A stretch of 64,000 nucleotides of DNA. Origin: Phoronis australis. Lineage: Eukaryota; Animalia; Phoronida. Location: NCBI GenBank assembly GCA_002633005.1, contig NMRA01000497.1, forward strand, positions 260,363 through 324,362. Reading direction: 5' to 3'. Shown here piece after piece: positions 53,301-64,000 of this stretch (positions within the stretch are counted from its first letter, which is position 1; each line of letters opens with the position of its first letter). A program made the position numbers and the translations under genes. The notes under the pieces are model-generated. The model was not told where the DNA came from and searched no databases. It was given only the letters and a program-made list of their open reading frames with translations.

Positions 53301-55667
53301 AACGTCGAATGTCGCCGGCGCAAAAACAACAACGCAGGCGAATCCGTTGTTTCAGCATGCCGACCCGGCATAATCCGAGAGCGATTGCTCAAGAGAGATT
53401 TCGTCAGTTGCAGTCCCACAGACAACCTTCTGTTGGAAACTGGGCCCCTTATTACGTAAGATCACCTATAGCTGTAAAACCTGACGCAGACATGCCGCAG
53501 TCTATTCTTGCTGACGTGAACGAAAATTGGGTCAGAAAAATGTTCAGAAAACGGAAGCCAAAGACGAGTTATCTGCCAAAGAGAGCATTCAGGTAACTTT
53601 TAATTTCCATTGCTCACTAATTTGAAGTAAATTGGACTTTTGTTGCACTTTTTTACTAATTTATGAGTGTAAGAATTCTGGGTTATCCCAATATTTGAGT
53701 CAATAATTGGATTTAAACAAAAATAGTGGCAACACAAACGATTTTCTACATAAATACAATATTCTAAAGCACAACACGTAAACAGACCGGTTTTAGGATG
53801 AACAGGTGGTACGAGGAATCATAAAAGAAATCCCTAAAAACACACTCCAGGCATCGTGTAGACTGGTGCTATGGACCTGCCTCATACGTTCTTTGCAGTA
53901 ATTGCGCGGACCCGTCGCGAAATTGAGGAATTTGAGCCAACATATCCAACCAGCTAAACTGACAAATCTAAGTCGGTTCAACATTTTTTCTCTTTACAGA
54001 TATGATGTAAGAGGAGACGGGGATTACCACGTGATCGGCGAAGGAATTTCAGGCAAAGTGTGCCTTGGGACTTTCGTAAATGACGCAACGGGTATTGAAC
54101 AAAAAGCTTGTGTCAAAAATTACGTGCATGAACACGACGTGAACTCAACAGCTGAAACGGAATACCGATGTCTACGGACCCTTGCTCGGTACAGATGCGC
54201 CCCTAAACCGTTCGGCTTGTATTTGACACCAGCGGTTGACGACGAAGCCCCACCGATAGTTGGTCTTGTCATGGAACTAATAGACGGTTTCACACTAGCA
54301 GATTACATAGACCACCATCTTGCAAATGTGGACGAGGTATCGCTGCCTATTCCAGAAATTGTGCAGGTATTGCTAAAAGCCGCAAAAGCAGTTCATCGTG
54401 CTCACAGAAGAGATATATTGCTTAATGACATCCACACCGAGAATGTAATGGTGGAACGACAAACCAACGAAGTGAAGTTGATTGATTTTGGACATGCGAC
54501 CATAAAGAAAGGTTTCCGGTAAGCGGATTTGTTAAGAACAAACGCCGCGTGTCCTTGCATTCTCTCGGTTATCAATGATCGTTGAAAATCCACATAATTC
54601 CCAGAAAAACCTGAAAGAAAAATGAAACGTTGAAAAATCTTGTCTAGTTTCAATTCAAATCAACCAAAATAGTAAAACGACTAGAAGAAGGAAATATAAA
54701 ACAGATGGAAATTAATATTGTAACATGTACACTGAAGAGCTAATGTACTAAGCTGTAGAAGACTTGATCAATAGGCATGTAAACCAGACAGTCGGAGGGT
54801 CATTCATGAGGCGTACAAAAAGAATCACAGAAGGATTGTTAAAATTTACAAGTCTGGCATTATCATGGATGAAATTTGACTATATTTTCTATTGCAGTAG
54901 TAGGAATGATAGGTATTTTCTGTTCAAGTAAGGGTGCGTTCCGTGGACCCAAGCGTCTAACGAAAAATCAAAATCACGCAATACTCGCGCTTATTAGTGT
55001 TCACTTGCAATAATGGAAGTAATCGAAGTGATTCCTCGGCCAGCTCGAGATGCTGAATCATGGGATAAAATTTGCTGTCACCGTTCCACATGCGACGATT
55101 TCTTTGCCGCAAGTGAAGCGTAAACAGCTTATATCTAAAGAACTCAACTGTTGCTTTGGTCCACCTACTCTTGTGAAAATGCTCTTAGTTTGTTCCTTAT
55201 TAAAAATAGTAGATTTCTAGATTAAGAATTAGCTGACAGTTAGATCATTTAAGAAAGTTTGTTATGGCTGGTTATTTTGTTGTAGCAAGGTAGCCAAGAC
55301 ACGAGCCTCTTGTAAACGATGTTAGACGCAGTGGTTGTTTTACTAATAGTGTGTCTTTAGGTAGTACAAGTAACTACTGACAGATGTCTCTTTATTCAGA
55401 TACGGCAGCAACGCATGTGAGCACCTGGCACCCGAGGTTCGCGACGGGGAGTTAACATCCGTGCTCACGGATGTTTATTCGTTTGGAGTTAGCATTATCG
55501 ACGTTTGTCATGCCTTGCGAGAAAAAACTCCTGCCATTTACAAAGAAGCGATACACACCCTCCTGTTTCTAGGATTGCAATGCCGGTCGGATGACACAAA
55601 AAGCCGGCCACAAAACATGCTGTCAATCATAAAGAAGATTGAAGGAGTTTCAAAGATGATCACCTGA
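50306..55667 (+). CDS. Divergent Ser/Thr-type protein kinase with a long basic N-terminal region (~635 aa)
   Basis: Exons 50306-50416 (GC donor GAG|GCAAGT, less certain), 52583-53592, 54000-54518, 55400-55667 join in phase (1908 nt). Motifs: IGEGISGKV, ACVK, alphaC Glu (AETEYRCL), LVMELIDG, LLNDIHTENVMV, VKLIDFG, HLAPE, TDVYSFG. Confidence 0.85.
52030..52187 (+). mobile_element. ~160-bp MITE with a perfect 5-bp target-site duplication (GTTCA)
   Basis: gttca|cagttgcagatttag...atccgcccctg|gttca. A 5-bp TSD with CAG termini is compatible with hAT5-like non-autonomous elements (inference). Confidence 0.85.
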
Positions 55668-56630
55668 AGAAGGTCAAAGGTCGAGGCTGTGATTGGAAAG
55701 TGTGATGGATGTCATGAACCGTCACTGCCGTTTTGAGGAGTGAATGAGAGAATGGACTCATATCTTTATTATTTTCAAATTTTATTCGTTAAAATTTATT
55801 CAAATGGAATATTTTTGTTTTAAACGTTCTCTTATTCTTAAATATTGAGTTTAATCAAGTGGAAAAATTTCAACAATGCAACGTAATAGGCGTCGTCATC
55901 ATTGCCACCGTTTCCAATCGTTCTCGTTATCACAGAGCAACTGTGTGGAGTTATAACTCCACTATACGTCATGATGGGCTGGCTTTCACAAACAGAAAAT
56001 TAAATCTGCGTAAAAGGCAGTGTTGTAGTGGGGCGTAGGCGCATGTAGGCGCAGCCAACCACTTTTTGGCATTTGAACGTAGTGCCTACACACTGTAAGT
56101 TACGTTCATTGCTCATGGTTTATACGGTGGGCTTTGGGCGCCTACTCTTACCTCTAATTTTACCACTGCAGCACTGGTAAAAGGATTGTTTTTAGACATG
56201 TATGTTAAAACATGCATGTTTAATTCAAACTGTCAAATAGAATGTCCGTTTATGTGGGTCACGATATTGTTGAAACAATCGAAACTGAAGCAATCGCGGT
56301 TGCAGTCCAAAGCTCCGCTAGCGTAGCTGAATCAAACTCCGCCATTGAATTCAGCGAATGTTTGGAAGACAGCGTCAAGAATTGGCGCCTTGTTGTACAT
56401 TCACACAAACACACTTCTGGACTGGATTGCATAAAATTTCAAAATTATCCGCTGGATAAGTATGATTGTTGCATGACGTCAGGTGCACGAGAAAGGTTAG
56501 AATTTCCGGGTTGTGGTTAGCATTGCCAAATTATTAGCGTGAGTAGTGAAGGAAACGCATATGCCGAAACCAGTGTTAAAAACCATAATGATGAGCCAGA
56601 AAAAGGAATTACACTGAAGATCAAAAGAAC

Positions 56631-56792
56631 CAGTGGCAGATTTAGAGGTTTTCCAAGGATGCCATAGCCCTTCCCCCCTAAAATTCTTTCAATTTCTATT
56701 TGGCAGTTCGGATCAGTGCGAATGTCTGACGGGCAAAATCCTCACCTAAAACTTTGGTCTCCCCCCAACTCAAAAACCTGGATCTGCCCCTG
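56631..56792 (+). mobile_element. ~160-bp MITE, same family as 48821 and 52030
   Basis: cagtggcagatttagagg...cctggatctgcccctg. Left flank agaac, right flank catta. Confidence 0.85.
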
Positions 56793-57642
56793 CATTACGG
56801 GGAATGGTCTTCTTGACGACCGCTATATAGATTCCGTCTTCCGACCATGATGGGAAGTGCCAGATGTCATTTCAAGTAATTGTCACCCGAAAAACTATTT
56901 TCTACACATCTAAACAATTTTCAGAAGACGACATTGGTATATGAAAATCAAGCAGACGTACACTGGTTAAAAGATAAGATGCCGTGGCAGATTAGTCCGA
57001 AAAACATTTAGACCCATGGCACGGACATACGATTGTCATATAATATAAGCGGAGCGTCAGAGACCGAATTTGCTTATTATTTCTGACTTTTTACTTGTAG
57101 AGAGTTAACATAGACGTATTGCGAAAACATTGGTTCGCGATACTTCATTGTAGGCCTACAATTGTGGGTAAGATATATGTCTACCGGTTAAGGGTGTATG
57201 CAAACACAGGCGACTTAGGCGGCCTGACGCGGCTGACAGCAAACGTAAGAACGAAACAAAAACGCGATTCTATGAATAAGGTCAGATACAGAAGTTCAGG
57301 CTGAAACACAAGTTATTGAAACAGAAGACAAGCCCTCAGTTCTCGGAAATTAACGAGTGCAGACTTTACGACGGATGTGTGAACTCAACCACAAAGTACG
57401 AGAAGGCAAACACTGGGAATTTACAGGGCCATTACCGTTTTTCACTGCCGAAGACACATTTTGGGATTCATAAGATATATTTTTTAATATTATTATCATT
57501 GACCAGAGCTATAAAACAGAAAATTCCGTTGTGGTTTTGTGATTTCATTGCAAATCGCCAATTCTCGTCTTTATCTTCGAGACTTTCGTTAAAATCAAGG
57601 CTGGTGACTACATTCAAACGCACCCCATTTATTGAATGAGTA

Positions 57643-57710
57643 CAATTTAGCTCAGCCAGCAGAGCGTTTGGCTCGACACGAGAAGTTCAGGTTTCATTCC
57701 GCGATGGCGG
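57643..57710 (+). pseudogene. Degenerate tRNA-derived sequence (SINE-like head)
   Basis: A-box-like tagctcagccagcagagcg and B-box-like ggtttcattcc at tRNA spacing. No intact cloverleaf. Confidence 0.35.
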
Positions 57711-60700
57711 TATTTTCGGAGAATGATTTTTCTCGCCGACCACGCTATTTTAAATGAAGCATTCACCTACAATATAAGCAACAGACACAATCAGAGTTAA
57801 TTCCAAGGTGCGTATGAATTGCAAATTACGAAGACAGCTACATGTACAGCGATAGCCACGAAACTGGCTGGGAGGTTCAGTGGCCAAAGCCTGATTTGAA
57901 CACTGCCCTTGGGTGATCCAAGAGCAGCACATGCCGGAATGTTTCGTACGCTTGTTCAGTGTACATGTTACGTGGTTCGGAGATGCGTTTTACGTTTCTT
58001 GCTAAAAAGAGAAACAAATTTAATCAAACCAAATTCGGCATGCTATCGTTTCAAAATAAATACTAGGGTAAAAAGTCGGATGTGAGAAGTCCTTATCTCA
58101 CATTGTATCTGTGAAATAAAAATCCAACCAATATGTATGACATTTTCACACAATTATAAAATATTTAAAGCCCTTTTTGAAGAGCAATTGAGAAAACGAG
58201 CAGCTTTTATGGTTGTTAAAATACAATCGGTTTTTGGCATTTCGATTTAAAAAACATAAAACTTTAAACTTAGTTTTCACTCGATGTGTTGCAAATTTTT
58301 TATTAAGGCGTAGTTCACTAGACGTTCCAGTGCTTTACAATTAGCTTAATGACAACTCGCCAAATGCGACCTAGGGAAAATCCCAGGTCTCCAAATAAAA
58401 ACTGAGGGCGCCAAAACATCGTACCGTTTTCGTCTCCGCCACATTCCATTTTCCCGTAAATATGGACCATCCAATCTCTAACTCAATTCCTTTTACCTAC
58501 CGAGAACGCAGCCGATCGGAATCACCGGAGGCGCACGATTCATGGTACAACCTTGTCCGCTTTTTGCCGAACAATTCCGACTTCCGTCTGTTTATTTCCT
58601 GTTGTAATTTAAGCACGTGTTACAGATGTGCTGGCTGTGGGTCGCAAATGCACTTATTTCAGGAAATAAACGAACAGTTCTGAACCAAAGGTATTAAATC
58701 TAAAAATGTGATAAATATAAACTTTGGAAGTCACCAAAAATTTTCAACGAATTTCGGGGAATTATCATTTGACTTTGATGCTCGTTGTGGCGACTTCGTG
58801 GCCACTTGCCGGGATTTTTCCAAGGCCACCAAGCACAATCTGAAATTGAATTTGCGAGCTGAAGATCGCCAAATCGATCACGGTTTTATATTTTGATTAA
58901 TAATTACTTTACCGAAAAAAATCATATTACATGACGGAAACTGGAATTTAATTTTTAGCTACAGTACATTCACACGACTATAAATTTTAAACTTTTCAGC
59001 TAAATCGTTTCAGCGAAAACGTTTTACCTCGAACGTTTTCATCGGACAATGTAGACTTCAAAATAAACAAGACTAGGACTTCAATATTACATACACAATA
59101 TGATCATGCAATTTCAAGGTTTTCATTATATAATATTTCTGCTGCTTGAGACTATTTGCTTTTCTGTGATCACGTTGGAATGTTGCTAACCGTAACAATG
59201 AGTCACTCGTTGACCAATTGGGGTCGCTGAAGTCATAACACCACCATTGCGATTATTGACTTCATTTTGAGTGTTTCTGTTTACAGTAATTCACTTTGCA
59301 TGTTCCGACAAGTAACAGTAGTGTAGAGACGACAGTACGTTGGAAATTAGAAATACTTTCATATTCGAAGCAATGAAATAAGCATCGTAATTCTTTAAGT
59401 ACTGTTCCACAAATTTCACTGGGAAATAACAGTAGATAGTGGATTTGTTATCAATGGTAAAGTGATTCTTCTTTATGTCATTGTTGGATAACACAGTTAC
59501 CGCAAGTCCGTATCATCATATGTACATGTATAATGATTCGATAAAGAGGCTCGTGTGACCACTGCATCTGATTAAAAGCATTTCATTTCCGGGGTCCCGG
59601 CTCATTTTGATTTTGATTGGATCTCAATTTTTTAACGCAATTCACTTCGCTATGGGTTTTATTTCTTTAAACATATGTATCACGATTTTGCAAGCGATTT
59701 TCCACCGTCCCCGACCCCCGTGAGAGACATGTCCAAAAAAAACTGGAGAAAAAAGCCATGCCGGACAGGGGAGAATGTCACGTGACGCAAAGAGCATATG
59801 TCGTCACATCTACTTATGGAGCTATAAGAAACAAGCGAAATTCACGATAGTTTATGAAGGAAGTACCACAGGGGGCTGGGGGACTATAGCTCCCCACTTT
59901 TTTCAGTAGTACGCCGCTCATGATCTATGGGCGGTGCACCATAGGGGAATGGGGGGCTATAGCCCCCCTCTTTTTTCAGTGCAGAGCCGCCTATGAGTAC
60001 TCGATCATTGTAGATCTGGGTGGAGCTCTGATGCTGTCTCACGAATAGAAAAATCTAGCCAAAATAACGTGTTCTCATTTAAAATACATGACAATATTTT
60101 ACTTAATCTCGCGAAGTCTTGCTTTTTAGCGGGGTCCTAGCGTAACTGAACTCTACCCGGCTTTCACACATGGTCTAAAATTTGTAGGTTAGATAAAATG
60201 CTGAGGTATTGCTTGAAATGCAATGCTCCATACCGACAGCAATATACCTACAAAATAGACTCTACATGTACTTTTGTGACCGTCGCAAGGCTTAATAAAC
60301 ACTCGAAACTGGCCATTGTTTGAATGGAGGGGCGTAACGTCATATTTCCTGAACAACGTTAAATAAACAGAGTCTTGTGACTCAAAAATGTTTCACCTAA
60401 TTGTTTGCTTCTTAAAATTATCTCTTAAAGAAATCAGTGTTTAACTTCCGTTTAGATCTACTATGAAGACACTTGTACTTACATATATGTGCAAAAAGTA
60501 ATGTCGATTCGCTGCAGATTGATGACTTGTTAAAACTTGCTCTCAATGTCCACCGTTTTGTTGCAAGTAGCCTACACGTACACGTCAGGTGGAGTGAAAT
60601 TTGTGTTCATGAAATCTCAGAGAACAGTGTTTTTGGGGTGCATTGCGTCCTAATTATGTGTTACAGAGAGCTCGCACGCCTCAAAATGCATAGATTGAGC

Positions 60701-61039
60701 ACTGGCAACAATATGGCGTCGCGTGAGCCGTGTGCTTTCACGTCTGATCTCTGTCTACATGTATAAATATACTGATGTGACACTTAAGGGAGACTTGCAA
60801 ATGGCAACGTGGCGTTTGATCACGTGGGACCGGATACCAGTGACCTCTAGAGGACGAGGAGATCATGCTTTATAACTTTTGTTTAAAACACACCACATCT
60901 AATCACAGACATTGTAAAAGGACCTCTTCGGGAATTCAAAGTCTTCCCTTATTCCATCCTCTGGGAAGACAAAGTAATTCCTGGTACAGCTAAGTGTCGA
61001 TATGCGTCACGAGACCTGCGTGATCAGCCCTCATTGATC

Positions 61040-61472
61040 CCTGAAAATCCCCTATTGGCTAAGGTAGAGATTTGGATTAGTCACCATGCAGCCGAAGATG
61101 CGACATTGCAATATCAACACATTCCGCTCATTTAGACTTGTTTGATTTTTGTTTGTGGGTTTATTTGACAGTCCATATGTTAAAAATCCAAAGCGTGCTA
61201 GACGAACTGAACAGGAAAATCATAGCCGAAGAAATGTGGAACATGCGCCTCGACGAACGTAGTCGAGTAGCCGACAACTTTACTCGGTGTCTGCGAGTCA
61301 GCTTGCAGCAAAACGGTGGGCACTTGGAGCAGATTTTGAACTAGCAATAAAGTGTCAATAAATCAATTTTTTGTATTTTGGTAGAAACGGGCTTCCAGTC
61401 ACAGTACTTTCGTTTTAACTTTGTAGGAATTTCTTGCGAACGTGAGTATTCAGAACTCATGCGAGGACTGTT
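61040..61472 (+). mobile_element. Tc1/mariner transposase C-terminal remnant
   Basis: HSAHLDLFDFCLWVYL...LDELNRKI...RVADNFTRCLRVSLQQNGGHLEQIL* matches the WPPRSPDLxPxDFFLWGYLK...GGHxE C-terminus of Tc1/mariner DDD/E transposases. A TIR-like ...gcgaggactgt follows at ~61460-61471. Confidence 0.8.
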
Positions 61473-63134
61473 AGAATCGACAGAAGTTAGTGTTTTGGAC
61501 AAAAGCGCTTGAATTAAAGAAAAATTCCTGCCAACATACATGATACTTATATGAGAAGCAAAAACGTAGGTAACATTTTGGCCCACCATGCTCCGGCATT
61601 AATCATCACCATGCGTAGTGGTTATATACAAGTGAATCCTGGTATTGCAGAATGTGACGTCTGAGGCTATTTTAACATTATTGTTGTGAACACGAAACTA
61701 CAACGAACTAGTTTTGGCACAATCGTACTAAAACAAAACCAACCAACGTGGCGCCCAACTGGATGCTTGAAGTCCAAAGACTTCTTGAAGACACTGCATT
61801 AAAGATCGGTACAAAGAACACCATAAACGTGGGCTCAGTTTACGATCTGCCTTTCTAAAACACCTCCTAACAAATTTTGATATTTAAATTGTACTGCTTT
61901 GAAATTTCTTGTTCTGCATGGTGGTCCCATGAAGTTGCATGTACTGGCAGGGCTGGATTTTGGCGAATCCTGTTACTAAAAGGCAAATTAAACAGATTTT
62001 AGCCTTATACTTCTAAACAAATCCTGATCTTGGATCATGATACAAAATTCCAAATCCGCACAGTGCATCTCCTTTCATTCTCGAGTAATAATCGCTGATC
62101 AAATTTTCAGGAGAATGGGCTGATGTTTCAACGTTCAGAAAATACAAGGACACAAGGCTTTGGAGCTTTTCATCATCCTTTGTTTCGCTATACCATCACC
62201 TAAGTCGGATCCAGAAACTTAAACTCAAAGTACAAACTACAAAATTTCCTAATTAACTCATTCGACTAAGTGGTCACAGCGCATAAAGTTTGGTTGCGTT
62301 CGCTACGAAATCACCAACCATGACTAAGAACTTAATGAAGGGAAACTCATCGATCATCCTCAGTCGATGTTAGCCTCGCCAAGTCGGCGGCACAATTCTG
62401 GCACCGTAGCTATTCTGGTCAGCTGTCAACTGGCTGTGACCACGTCTGAGGAATCTGAGAAAGTGCGCAAGATACTTGATGTGTGTACATGTACGTGTAA
62501 GTCTTAGATATTGACTGGACATAACAGAACAACTTCATCCGTAGTCATTCTTTATATTTTTTACCCTCACGGCTTTTCTTAATGCATAAGTTTCTCCACT
62601 TGTTTTTTGACCAATTATTTTTTATTGTATTTTATAGTTTATCATCGTACCCAAGGATACGCCCAATGTATATCGAAGTCACAAAAATAATTTCGAATGT
62701 CGGGTAGTTTCAATATGAGTGAATGAAATCTGAAATGGACATGTAAGTTACTGTCAGAAAGAAACTTTTTTTTATTAGTTTTAGTGTGGAAAAGACGCAG
62801 TAAGCTCTTTGCGGAGATATTATTAAGGTAAGCACTTCACACCCAAATGCAGTTCACATTTTACTATTAGTATCACTACTGATCACATTTGTTTTTGGCC
62901 AATATGAGTACGAACTTTAAAATCAGCGCACGACATTGTATTAATCGACGTTTTGGTTTATTGTCTCTAAACCATTCTAGAGACAAACGTTCACAATAGT
63001 TCAATCATGTTACAGAGGTGGAGAACAGATTGTACAGATACACGTCCATATGCATTGTGAGGGGAGAGACCAGAAATCAAAACAGTTGGAGCTCAAATAG
63101 AAACATTGATGCATAATATTAGGATACTAATTTT

Positions 63135-63235
63135 TTAATGCTAATAATAGTAAATGATAGATAAGCATAATGATAATGATAATGACAATGATAATGATAA
63201 TAATAAAAAAATCATTATCATTATTATTATTATAT
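63135..63235. repeat. Low-complexity (GATAAT)n/(ATT)n microsatellite
   Basis: tgataatgataatgacaatgataatgataataat followed by cattatcattattattatt. Confidence 0.8.
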
Positions 63236-64000
63236 ACAGTGTAAGTAGGACTTTATGCACGTGTACACGTGATTATAGTAATAGTAAAGGTAATGACGAA
63301 GACGATGGCAACAATAATTTTAGGGATTGCAGTAATTATTGATATTTTTTATAGTTATTACTTTTGAAGTTACTGTTGCTATTACCAGTACTAATCATAA
63401 GGGTGACCATAATAACAACCGCTTTTTAATTTTGTAGAATAGAGTTGCCTAATTTTATTCAAATATTTTTTTATTTTAAACAAGAACGCTGACGACAACC
63501 TGCTACAAACTCTTTTGTGAGACCTACTAGTATGCGATAATCTGTCAATCGTAATTTTAACGTTTCGTAGTACTACGTTTTGCGTGGTGTCCAATCAACA
63601 TTGAGACAATTATCGTTTTTGTTATTTAGCTCACTAGACAACAAAATAATGACACTGGGAATTAAGACTGACTAAACTAATTAACTCTAAAATGTTAAAT
63701 AACATGTTCTATAACACTGTGAACAAATTTCAATAATTAAGTCATATCTCACGAAAGATTACAACCTGCTTAGGCACAGTTCAAAACTCAGTGTGGTACA
63801 TTGACATAACCTGCACGTCAAGCTGGACATGCAGGTCACGGGCACATTCAGAGTCCGTGCAAAAGCAAGAATCTAATGAATATCTTGAATGCCTCAACCT
63901 GCGGCAATCTCCGACGATGATCTGCCCACCAACAAGACTACTCATCTTCACCATTGCTAGGCGACACTTGGGAACACCTAATAAATCAAGAACTGTCGGC

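Noticed and set aside
56230-56520. 92-aa + ORF, and a minus-strand frame interrupted only by TGA codons (possible selenoprotein)
   Set aside because: No recognisable domain, redox motif or SECIS; consistent with chance.
57316-57639. EINEC...CVN resembling a calcium-binding EGF start
   Set aside because: The remaining cysteines are missing and there is no supporting exon structure.

Overview
This is eukaryotic (metazoan, probably marine invertebrate; inference) genomic DNA with spliceosomal introns, so most short ORFs in the track are spurious. Three multi-exon genes could be assembled by hand with consistent splice phases. (1) A + strand single-pass membrane protein with two fibronectin type II domains followed by two LolA/ependymin-like repeats (18302-36309; 5' exon not found). 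(2) A complete 10-exon GH37 trehalase on the - strand (37243-48609, about 600 aa, signal peptide and hydrophobic C-tail). (3) A divergent protein kinase on the + strand (50306-55667, about 635 aa) with an MG/Cys-rich N-terminus and a non-canonical catalytic loop. The rest holds a ~4.3 kb ~40-bp satellite with embedded 42-nt exon-like cassettes, decayed Academ, DIRS/Ngaro, Tc1/mariner and LINE elements, several MITE families, and a likely allelic assembly duplication around the N at 16201. The most notable observations are: the kinase gene sits between two MITE copies whose outer flanks share a 5-bp duplication (possible composite transposon); TACATGTA is strongly over-represented and looks like a Tc1/mariner excision footprint, including in-frame copies in coding exons; and the exon-like cassettes in the satellite.
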